A DNA stretch of 64,000 nucleotides from Camelus ferus (Eukaryota). The notes beneath the pieces were generated by a model, which ran no database searches, was not told where the DNA came from, and saw nothing but the letters and a program-made list of their open reading frames with translations. The first letter of the stretch is position 1. Every line of letters begins with the position of its first letter. This document shows, piece by piece, positions 52,813 through 64,000 of this stretch. Position numbers and translations under genes: made by a program. Location of the stretch: contig NC_045696.1 in assembly GCF_009834535.1 (NCBI RefSeq), forward strand, positions 116,376,001 to 116,440,000, read 5' to 3'.

Positions 52813-55800
52813 TAAAATAACACTTAAAAACTAGAGTACGAGCAAGAGTAATGTTGTTATTCTCATGAAGAGTTCCGTAACCTGAACTTTAGAGTAAGAT
52901 ATTTCTTTGATGATTACTACATATAAAATTAGACGGCAATATCAAACATTTATCTTTCAAAAGAAATAAAGGGCTGGATGATTGCATGCTTTTTCATTAT
53001 ATATTAAACAAGTTTTTGACAAGAGAAACTCACTAGAAATGTTTAAAGTCTTTAGGTGTTGAAGATGTTAAGTGAAAGATGGTCAGCCCTATCCTATCAT
53101 CAACAAGTACTTACTCAAGAGCTACTGAGCCCCCAGATGAGGTAACAAGAAGGAAGACAACCTTCTGGATCTAATGCTCCCTGATAACTTGGGCTGATCT
53201 TAGACAAACCAATAGGAATATAAATGTCATGTACACTTTAAACTCTTACAAATAAGCCAGAATTCCCTAAAGTGCTAAACCCACCCCTAACTACCTAATC
53301 TCATTATGAACGTTGTGGAGTCAAGGGGCAGGGGTGTGCGGTACAGTGGGACAACATGGATTCTTAAATCAAGCTATCATGTTTAGGAAGAATCACAAAA
53401 ACTACAGAAGAAACCTTGATATTCTTGATGAATATAAGGTTCTCGAATATACAAATTCAAGAGTGCAGTACATGATTTCCACCTTACAACACAATCAGAG
53501 ATGAAAATTTTAAGTGAGCTCTTCAAACCATAACTAATGTTACTAGATATAAACAGTTAAGTAAAAAATAAAGAACAGATGAAATGTAAAATATCTGGCC
53601 AGGTTCATTTTTAGGTAACTCCTACCACACATCAGCCAAAACAAAAATACATACTGATCCTTACACAGCTCAAACCTTGAAATCTTTGAAAAATCCCTGA
53701 AATCCTTAAACCTACTCTAGTCCTTAAGGGTAAGAGCTGCTAGCAAAGGGCATAAAGGAACAGTGCTCACTCTGTAAACAAATCAATATGCCTAACACCT
53801 TAAACTTACACAACATTATATGTCAATTATATCTCAAAAAAAAACCAAAAAGCCATGGCTCACAGCCATATCATAAGGGCACTGTCATACCTCCTGAAGA
53901 CTACTAATATGTGGTCAACACAGTGAAAGGTATCCAATAACCATTAACACAGAAATTTGGATGTAAATTCCTTCTAATGTTGGTTTAAAAAGCCAGACTG
54001 AGCCAGACTGAATCTGTACAAGCAGAAAACATTAAGGAAGTTCTATGTGTTAGAATGAAACCCTTCTGATAATCTCATTAATGAAATGTAGACAATCTAA
54101 TTGGTATCAAATGGAAATGAAGATTTTATATATATATATATACACACACACATATCAGAGGATATGTATGTTTATGATGATGTGCTGATATGGGGTTAAA
54201 CTTTTCTTTTAAATGTCCTTTTTGAAATGTCATTAGGGAAAAATACACGTAGAAAATAACTGGAAGTATTCAAAGCAAAAATAAAAATTCTAGTCTTAGG
54301 CTCTTATAAAATTTCCTAGGAATTAAGTTCTTTACTATAGTGCTTCAGTGCTTTTGTTATTTCAATACAACTGTGAAGGCAGGGAGAGTAAGCATATAAC
54401 AAGTCCCAAACATCTCTGGCCCGGGTATTTAGCCTACAAAGCATACGTACTTTGGAAAATGCTGCAATTGACAATCACTTGCCAAGAAGCAGTTATAACT
54501 ACTCTCTGCACCAGTTTAAGGTGGGTAAACATAACCTTGAAGTCTTTACAGCTCTTCCTACCATGTGGGCTAGTTAGCTTTGGCTCAATTTGCTTTCTGG
54601 AGGAGGGTAAAGCTTGAGAGGTAACATTTCATTACTAAGCCAGATATACATACACACACACACACAAATGCATTAACAGAGAAACTACAAATAATGTGCA
54701 TTAAAGTTTTAAAACATACCAATATTTCTGAATCAAAATAAAAGCACACTATATGGGCTATATTTCTGATGCTCATCCATTATAAAAAAACACAAAATAC
54801 TAAACTAAAATGGGATTACACTGCACAAGATACATAAACGCAGAGGGCTGACAATCAGTGTTATATTGCTGAGCCTATTAAAGTGGAAATACCACTTATC
54901 CAGCTTATCTCCTCCATGTAGGGAAAAGCCAGGAGACAGTAGAGTTCTGTAATTTATCTTATTAGAAAGATCTGAAACAACAAATAAACTTCTCAAGTGT
55001 ACTGGAGAACATACAATCAATGCACAGCATAAAGTTATGCTTCTGAAAGGTGGACTCCAAGAAGTTGCCACATGCTAATGGCTATCTGTCTTATGTCTTT
55101 CAAGAGTTTGACTTTAAAACATACGAGGTTAAAAATACATTCAAGAGTACCTGGAAAAATACAGTACTGCTTAATTATACACCCCTTGCAAAATACTGTG
55201 AATCTAAAAGCTGTGTGGTTCCTCTGACATTATCTAATTCAAAAGCTTCATTTGACAGATGAAACAGGCCCAAAAAAAGCCTGTTTTACCCTGCTGCTGT
55301 ACACAGCTGTGGATTTCTCTAGCTAAATTCAGTTAGCTGATCTCTTGCCTTCTGTTCACAACACAGCACTGTTAGCTGTCTCCTCTCTGTCTGGCACCTC
55401 ATCTTGCCCTCACCTCAGTCCTCCTACAACCACTGCATGCAGTGCTTAACTCCTCTTCTTTCCCCTCTTCTTTCATCTTTCTCTCCAGGGCCCATTCCCC
55501 TTTCATGTTCCTCTCTGCTAATCACTCACTTTTTCTCTTCCCTCACCCTAGGAGCATTTTTAAACAGGTTTAATAAAATTTAATTAATTTTACAAATCAG
55601 TGTAATTTATAAACAGTCGTTATTTAGAATTAGAATTTTAAGGTTAACTCTTTTACTATTTACTTTTACTATTTTACCTATTCATTCTACAGCCAATATA
55701 ACTCAGCACAAACATACAGCCAATATAATTCAGCTTCTTTAATCTGAAGAAATTTCTAATCATTATCAAGAAAGATACCATTTCAAATCTTATTCTTGGG

Positions 55801-56048
55801 ACACTGATTCTATTCAATTTGCACCTGTATTTTAGCTTCCATACAACAATCCTGGGGATAACCAGGAAATCAAAATATTAAAAAATGTTATCTTAACAAA
55901 AATCAAGCTATAAAGTTTGAGGTCTGCTGAACAGCTCTTGTCTCCACTCTATGACCTGTTTCGGCATTCTTCATCATACAATCGGAACTGCAAAATCTTA
56001 CTTGTCTATGTCTGATTCAATTAAAGAAAGGATAAAAGAAACTCTCAC

Positions 56049-56211
56049 CCCCGATGGTACTCTCTTGAAATTCATGAAATTGGCCCTTCACAAAACGAAG
56101 CACTAGGCTTGATTTGCCAACAGCAGACTCTCCCAGAAGTACTAGTTTGAACTGGCATATTTTATTTCCAGTATTTGGCCCGTTGGGTCTTGTTGCTCCT
56201 CGATTAGCCAT
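56049..56211 (-). CDS. RAB5A: RAB5A first coding exon (exon spans 56304-56049); [11 protein letters not shown]...QESTIG; total CDS 648 nt = 215 aa
   Basis: gacATGG Kozak context, P-loop GESAVGKS, acceptor tttacag| before 56304, donor |gtgag; exon sum 163+152+123+94+116 = 648. Confidence 0.97.
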
Positions 56212-56539
56212 GTCCAAATTTGAAAGAAGTCCCTAATTTCAGTCTCTTAAATGAACTTCCAGGATGCAAGGTGTCAATTTTTTTCTTTCTAAAGGCAAAG
56301 AACCCTGTAAAGAAACAAATTTGAATTAAGTATACAAATCCGAAAAACAAAGCAAATCCCCTAATACTAATCACTTTAATAAATTTTGCCTCTAACATTT
56401 ATTGTATAACAATTGTAACGTCTACTGGACATTGAATGCCATTTAGCTTAAATCACTACCTTCATTAAGAAAGTAATATAAACTCAGTGAGAACTGAGCC
56501 TAAAATCATGCTGTAATTTTCAAGGCTTCCTAAAAATTT

Positions 56540-56870
56540 TAAAGCTAACGTTTATTAAAGACTCAACTTTATGCCAGGGGTTTTAAGTACTTCACACAGC
56601 CACTCAATCCTATAATGCTGACTATTATAATCCTTGAAAATGAGGAAACAGGCACAGAGAGGTTAAGTAACTTGATTGAGGTCACATAGTTTACTGTGAC
56701 TGAACTTCAACAGAGCTGTTTCAAACCCAGGCAACCTGAGAGGTGACTCAAGACTTCAGGTTCTGGAAACAGACTACTTAGGTTAAAACAGTTTTGAGTA
56801 AATTTAAGTTTATAAATGGAAAGCTCTTAGAACATAGTAAGATCTCAATCAATGTTGGTCATTATTATTT
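56540..56870. mobile_element. MIR SINE fragments (similar copies near 10550-10740, 16270-16490, 51370-51540, 58410-58530, 60380-60710)
   Basis: MIR core TGAGGAAACAGGCACAGAGAGGTTAAGTAACTTG...GGTCACA. Confidence 0.65.
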
Positions 56871-58799
56871 AAAGTCTCCTGTTAAATGGTACATATTTTT
56901 TGTTTAATTTATGGTAACTTTGGAGCAACAAATATTTTAAGTCTCTCAGGTTGTGCGTCTAGTGGCTAAAAGACTTAAAACTGCTTTCTCCTGTGTTCCA
57001 GTACATCATACATGGAAGTGTTAACAGTGGTCCTCTATGTAGTGAGCTAATTAGTGTCTTATTTACTTATACTTTTCTGTAGTTTCTGAGCTAACAATTA
57101 AATGTGTCATTATTTTCTATTTAACACATTTAGAAAAGACTGGTCAGAGAAGGGTAACTTCTGTGTCTTCTCTTATTATCTAATGATGCTAATATTCAAT
57201 CTCAAAGGAATTTATGAACTTTTAAAGAACTCTTCCAATCTCCTCACAAATCAATCATAACAGTTTTCTTTCATCTTTAATCAAAATCTGATCATGTGCT
57301 AGTAACATTAAATCTGATGATTCCCCTTCTCGAATCACTGTTTTATTTCACTTAGGTACTTATAAGAAACTTGCCTTACCCATGAAATGAGTTTATACAA
57401 GAATCCCTCTTGACAATGAACTCATTAACAAACGTATAGACAAGACTTAACATTCTTGAGACAATAAAATCACCTCTGCCTCACCTAAACACAGCTTTGA
57501 AGAGTCCTTATCTTTAAGTAATACATACTGAAACACTTACAAATGAAATAATAGGTCTGAGTTGCTTCCAAACAATGGGGGTGTAGAGAAAACAAGACTT
57601 GCCATAAGATAACTAAAGGTAGGTGATGGGTTCATTATACTATTCTCCCTACTTCTGTACATTTACAATTACTTTTTGTAAGAAAAAAAAAACGCTCCAA
57701 CCCCACATCTACCTTCTCACTGTCCTAAAAACATACCAGATTTGGGGATCTAGTCCTGAATGGCTATACCAATTTCTGCAGGGGCAAGTTCTTTCATTTC
57801 AAAGCCTCTTTTTCCGGAATACCTAATTTACACAGCTGCTGTGAGAATAAGAGTGTATATGCGAAAAGTCTCTAGCACAGTGTAGGGACTGAAAACTGGC
57901 AAAGTGCTCCTTTAATGAAATGACCAAATATCAACAGAATGTCATGTAGACTGAAAATGCACCAACACACCTTCAGATACTACACACAGTAACAACTGAA
58001 ACACTTCCCAACGGTCTGAGTCTGATTACCTACAAAACAGCAAATTGAATTATGCATCAAGGACAACATGCTCCGAATTTCCATGGTGTTTCCACAATTT
58101 CAGGGAAAACATCAAATGCCCATTAAAAAAAAGTATGATTTAGCTTTGCCTTTTAAGGTTTAAAGCTCTGGGTTACGGTTCCCCGCTAAGAATCTTAAAG
58201 AAAAAAATAACTAAAACTAATTATAAATGTACAGCTAGCATAACATTAAGGTTAAAAATCACATTTTGTAATTTTTGCATTCATTTGTATTCACTACTTA
58301 AACTTGTTTTGCAAAACCAGAGTTCGCATAAAATACATTTTAAATCTTTTGAAAATAACTAGTATTCTATATAGTCTTCTAGGTGCTCTTTGGTCAAAAC
58401 TGTATTAATGGCAGCAGCTAACATTTACTGGGCACTTTATTTTGCGCCAAGCGCTATACTACCAATTACGCTTACGGCAACCCTCTAAGATCTTATTATT
58501 ATTCCCATTTTACATTAAGACTAAAGTTTCTGAGCTGTCCTGAAATATCTCAGTGGTTTCCATGGTGTTTTTTCCTGCTAATTATGTAAAAGACAACTAA
58601 TTCAACACTTTGGCTCCACTTCGGCAAAAGACAAAACCCAAGTATGTGAATTATGACGTTCACCAGCATGCAGGGAGGCGGACAGCAGAGCACGTTCAGA
58701 GGGCTCTACCCTCTGACGGTGTTCAGCGGCCTAGTTGTCTCGAGATCTTTAAACCTGCGGTTCACCACCTTCCAGAAATGATAAGACAAGAATCCCTAA

Positions 58800-60050
58800 A
58801 CAGTCTGTCTTCCCGAGCCGCCTCCTCCCTCCATTACCCGGCTCGGGAAGTCGAAGGTAGGCGGAGCTCCCCCAAATTCACACCTGCTGGAGGCCCCGGT
58901 TCCTCCTCGGAGAGCACCTGGGTCACTGACACCAAAATCCGGATCTCCCGAAAGGGCAGGCCCCGCCGGGCTCCTGGACCATCTCTCCCATCCGCCTCCC
59001 CGGATTCCGGTCGGGCTCTAGCTGGGGACCTCCCCCACCCCGCACCGCCAGGACCGGGCAGGCGGAACCGCGGCCTCCGGGCCTCCTTCGCGGCGCCATC
59101 TTGAGAAGGGAAGAGAGTGACACCCGTCGCTCCCTCGGCCGGTCCCCAAATCCTGGCCTCCGGAGCCCCTTGAAGGATGAGTCACCGGGGCCTGCAGGAC
59201 GGGACGCCGGGTTCGGCAGCTCCCAGCGACCCGGCAAGAGAAGGGGAGGGCGGGGTACTCCCTGCCAGCAGCGGCCCGCAGACCACCCGGGTCCTGACCC
59301 GCTCCGGGCTGGCGGAGGAGGGCCGGCTCGGTTACCTGAGCCCGCAGCGCGCGGAGCCGCGGCGCCGAAGCTTCCTGGCGGCAGATCCCAGGCGTAGCCC
59401 AAGAGGAGGCTGAGGAGGCCGAGGAGGCGGCGGCGGCGGCGGCGGCGCGTCTCCTCCTTGCGCCGCTCCCCTCAGACTGGACGGTGCGGAGCTGGTGCGG
59501 CGGTGCCGCCCCTGTCGGGCTCCGTCCCCGCCTCTCTCCGCTCCGCCTTCCTCTTTCCTTTCTCCTCCTCCGCCCGCCGCCGGCGCTCGAGTTCCCACTA
59601 ATTCTGCCTCCTCCTCCCTCCTCCCCTCAGGCGGGCCGCCGGCTCCTTTGCAAACCAAAACACAAACACTCCAGTTCCAGTGCGGGAGCCACTTCCGCCG
59701 CCCGGCGCCGGCCGCGCCGCCACGTCGCTGCACGTCGTGAACTACGGCCCTTCGTCACTTCCGGTCGTCACCAGTCCGCCCGCTCCATCCGCTCCCCCGC
59801 CCTCTCTCAGAGCCCTCCTCTCACGTCACGTGGCCCCCGCGAGCCACGGGGCCCGCCGCCTGCCCCCCTCCCCCACCCCGTCGGGGCGAGGGCGGCCCCG
59901 CCCTCGCCGGCGCCATTGTTATCTGGGCGGCGGTCCCGAGCTCCCGGCGGCGCAGGGCGGGTGCAGGGGACTCCTTGACTGACCTGCCGGGGAGCCGGGG
60001 AGACCTGGGTTTGTTGCTCCCAGCCAGTGTGGGCGGTGAAGTTCCCTCTG
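58800..60050. promoter_or_regulatory. RAB5A CpG-island promoter
   Basis: YY1 GCGCCATCTTG 59093-59103; ETS CACTTCCG ~59690; ETS-CRE composite CGTCACTTCCGG 59753-59764; E-box GTCACGTGG 59825-59833. Confidence 0.85.
59336..59720 (-). other. RAB5A: RAB5A non-coding exon 1, includes a (GGC)n tract at ~59425-59447
   Basis: Donor CTCAG|GTAAC at 59336/59335 inside the CpG island; TSS approximate. Confidence 0.7.
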
Positions 60051-63000
60051 TGGCTGTGCGCTCACAGTCCCCCTTTCTTTACTCCGCAACACCCGGACTC
60101 TGCCAACTCGGCTAAGGGCCTTTCTTGGGGCGACTTTTCTAGTACAAGAGAGCCTCCCAACACGTCCCTGGGGGTAGGTGGGTAGGTAAAGGGTGGTAAG
60201 TGGTATATACTGCAGGGAGAAGGATGAGATTACCCCCACCCCCACAGAGTTGTATTTAGGCGGGGAAATCTTCAACAGTAACTTCCTTTTCTGGAGAAAA
60301 CACAAAACAGCTTACCTGTTTTGGGTGGGGAGGGGCACATTCTAAAATAATAGGTAACTTTTATACAGAGTTTTCTATCGCCAGTTACTGTACTAAGCGC
60401 TTTACAGGAATTATCCCATTTAATTCGTACAATATGAGGCATTCGCTCGAAACTGGCTTTATCGTCTGCCTTACTACGTTGAGTATTACCCCCCCAAAAT
60501 GGTCCACGCTGTCGTCTGTCAGGCACAGTGCCTGGCAGCCAAGTGTCTTGGGTCATGTTTGTGGAATTAATGAATGTGGCGTGCCTGCTTTACAGGTAAA
60601 CAATTTGAGGCACAGAGATTGTGTAACTTGTTCAGCATGACCGCGGTGTTGGTGACGAAACTGAGTCCTAACCTGCAGGCTGGCTCCAGGACCCGCGTTC
60701 TTAGGCACTATTCCAAGTAAAAAGAACTCAAGATATACATTACCGTCCACTGCAGACCTACTTAAGACAGGCTGTTTTGGTTAAATCTCGCACAATAGAC
60801 AGCCTCTTGTTGGCATCTGAAATAAAACAGAACAAAATTCCTTTCGGAATTTGGTAGAATGTTAAATCGATTTTCCCTCAGGATGAGAGCTGCTTTTTCA
60901 GTTTGCTGTTTACTATTTATAGCCCTGTTGTGAGGACATCAGTATTGATTGTCTCGATGTGTGCTTGGGGTAAGGTATCCTGTGGTGCTCAGTCAACATT
61001 TTGCAATGAAGATGCCTTGGACCCTTGAACAGCCAGTCTTTCTGATCAACTCCCCAGTTATTAAGCAGAAGAACATTATGCGTCATGTGCAAATGGGATC
61101 TGTGGCACTTTATCCCAAGTGGCTTGTTCCAATATGGTATGTTAGTCATGGTAGTGTATCTCTGACAATCCCAGGAAGAAAAGGGAAACAGGATGTGTTA
61201 CATCAGTTTTGGCATGTCAACAGTATGTTGGAAACCAAACCTGTTCCATCTCAAACCTGCTTCTGCTTGGTGACTGGTATTAACAGCCTCCCAGTCACCT
61301 GGACTTGAAAGAGCAGAATCATCTTCAACTCTTGTCCATTCTGTCATCCCAAATTCTCTACTCCCCAGATCTGAGCTCTAATCCCAGTGCCTGGGCCAAG
61401 GCAGTATTCATATAAACTGGAATTAACACACACTCATGCCTTTTCAATGCATTCTTTACACTTGAGCCCATCACTCGCCTACTCAAAAATGTTTAATTGC
61501 TAGAGTACAAATTTCTTTAACTCTAGTCCCAATCCATGTTTTTTTCATTCTATTTCTATAGCCACCTTCTCTCAAGCTCTTGCTTCATGCCCTCATCATA
61601 TGCCAGTCTACTCTGTGTTCCCAGAGAGCTGCCTGTGTGTTCTCATCTTGGCACTTTGCTCTGTTCGCCGGCGACACCATTACCGCCCATCGCTGCAGGA
61701 CTCACCTTGTTCAGGATGCCAGCTCCTCCGGATGGCATCTGAAGATACTTTACTGGATTTAGTTATCTTTTCCCCTGTATTTTCATGTACTTTACTCATA
61801 AGAGTTCTAATATCTATTTGCTTTATTTTGCAGTAAGAGAATGCCTAGACTTTCCTCCTCAGAGTTTTATTCACATTCAGATTTTTAAAGTTCTTAAGGG
61901 CCAGGATCATAATGTATTCATCATTTCAGTTCCTCCCAGAGGACCTTTGATTGATATGATAGGGACCCCAAAAATATTTGTGAGCTTAATTACATTTAGA
62001 ATGGTGAACATTTAAGAAGACCTCACAAATAACACAAGGATGCTGAAATTTGTAAATTCTCAGGAACTTCATCGTTGTTCTGGGACATTGCTTCCTCATT
62101 CATTTACTTCTACCAGTTTTGTCTTTTAATGCACCTCCTTCAGGAGTGCCTTCCATGGTATTTATAGCGTAGTCATAATGTTTGCTTAGGGGAGTGCTGC
62201 GCCAGTGGCTAGTAGTTCTAAGATCCAGTGGTAATTTTGGGGAGGTTGAAACGCCACAGTAAAGCTTTGTTCCTGTACTGCCACTTACAGTATGCCTGTG
62301 TTTTTTCCCTAACCCCAGATAACTGAAGAGGACCGATAGTTTGATACATTTTAGTATCAAATGTGTGATCCTACTAGTGGATAAAATTTGTTAAGGAAGC
62401 TACAAAATAGATGGAGCCTAAATAAAGTTATACAGACTTGCACACTGCCCTTAGTGCTGCCTTTGCTGTCAAACCTAAACACTGAGTCACTAATTCCCAG
62501 CACCTTGCATCTCTCATCACCTCCAGCTCCCCCATATTTTCTACCTTCTCCTCCAGGAAATCTCTCTTCCCTTGTGTGGTTGAAGAATGACTCTTGGCAG
62601 AGATGGTAATGAATGGTAACATTTACTTCTAACTGGGACTGTTAACTGGGAGACAAACCAAAAGGTCATTCTAATGTAAGGAGTTGTAGGCATGGTGGCA
62701 AGGCAGTGAGGAAAAGGCAATGAAAACCTGAGCTAGTTATGTTCAAAAAGCTGGTGTCTTTGCAGGGCATCATGCAAGCCTCAGCGCAAATGTCTCCTAC
62801 CGAAGGGATTTCTAAGCCCACCAATTCTAAAGTAGCTTCCCTCCATATCAACGTGTTCTGTTTACTTCACAACGCTCATCACTTATCAGGTGAAATGATC
62901 TTATTTATTGGTGTACTTGATGGTTATCTATCCCCACTAGAATATAGTCTATGAGACAGGGCTTGGTATATATTCCATTGAATTCCCAGGACTGACACAA

Positions 63001-63799
63001 AGTAGGAGACTCGACAGATAATTGTAAACAAAAGAACTGAATGAACCCTTATACAGACATACCTTGATTTACACATTATCAAATCATTTAAAGTGGTTAG
63101 GGGGAAAAGAATATTTATATTAACTGTCTAGAAAATTACAGTACACAGTTTTTACAAATGTGAAATAGGTTCTCCTAATCACTTAAAAAATTTTTTGGAT
63201 TTTACAAGTTTATCATAGGGCACTTAAAAAAGTGGAATCTTACAAATTTCATTCAAATTCTAAGCAAGGTGTTCTATATCCCCTATATGTGTAGAAAATA
63301 ATATTCACCAAATACACATTCATTAAAACCTGAAAGGGTTTAAAGAGAATTTAAAGAAAATCTCATACTTAAAAAGTTTGAATTTGCCACATTAAAGATT
63401 CAATAATACATTATTGCATAATGCATCTCAAACTTTAATATATATACTTGAAATGCTATTTAAAGCACAATTATTGAAGTGCAGGTGTTCTCAAAGATTG
63501 AGATGTTTCTTACCACAGGGGCCAAATAAAACAACGGAATTTTTGAAGTTCTTAAGCTCTGAAAGAACCACAAGCAGTGTGCATGTACTTTCACAAGGAA
63601 GGACCCAAAACTGGTGATCACCACCAGAAAGCGGCCTATTTATTCCCTGATCACCAGTGAGATTACTAGGCCCATGGCCAGGAGGAAGCCCCTGGCTGAA
63701 CCCATTCTAAGGAGACTGCACTGCTTGGGAAAGCAAAGAGAAGCTAGTGATCATTTGCTCTAGTACCTAAGACCTCATCCTTCAAGTTTTCTTGCCCTC

Positions 63800-64000
63800 T
63801 AGATCTAGTAAAGAAGGGGGGAAAAAGAGAGCGGGTGTAAGAGAGGAGGGGGAGGTAATGAGGGAGAGGAGACAGAGAGGGAGAGAGATAGGCGGGGCCC
63901 TGCCCGAGAAAGAATTGCGCTCCAAGCCACGCCCCCGCTTCCCAGGTAACCGGGTAAACAGACCATCTTCCTTTTCCCAGTGAACTCCGCCAGCTGTTAA
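63800..64000 (+). promoter_or_regulatory. start of a GC-rich promoter, probably EFHB by synteny
   Basis: GC boxes (GGCGGGG, GCCACGCCCCC) and X-box/forkhead-like GTAACCGGGTAAACA. No coding sequence is visible, so the gene identity is an inference. Confidence 0.4.

Noticed and set aside
44275..55735. Small direct repeats (44275-44308, 53991-54011, 55690-55733)
   Set aside because: Two-copy slippage duplications; not an array, and nothing CRISPR-like in this mammalian DNA.
56212..56217. TTG start giving an MD- extension of RAB5A
   Set aside because: Artefact of alternative starts in the ORF caller; the ATG at 56211 has a strong Kozak context.
58610..60305. Multiple 100-164 aa ORFs in the RAB5A promoter
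   Set aside because: GC-island artefacts on both strands with no coding signature.

Overview
Mammalian genomic DNA, most likely a camelid (alpaca/camel), judged from six copies of a short tRNA-derived SINE resembling camelid Vic-1 and artiodactyl-type L1 3' ends. From left to right: (1) a CpG island at 1-~700 that I recognise from memory as the KAT2B (PCAF) promoter/5'UTR on the minus strand, with the CDS outside the window; (2) ~16 kb of repeat-rich intergenic DNA; (3) a second CpG island at ~17300-18400; (4) PP2D1 on the plus strand, 3 coding exons, 618 aa; (5) RAB5A on the minus strand, convergent with PP2D1, 5 coding exons, 215 aa, plus a non-coding exon 1 in a CpG island at ~58800-60050; (6) a GC-rich promoter-like end, probably EFHB by synteny. 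I see no new multi-gene system. The best leads are an Arg-rich uORF in the KAT2B leader whose ATG sits in a p53 half-site, pseudophosphatase substitutions plus a UBZ3-spaced zinc finger in PP2D1, a probable 3' overlap of PP2D1 and RAB5A over miRNA sites, and a possibly bidirectional CpG island upstream of PP2D1. Repeat family names and human comparisons come from recall, not from searches.
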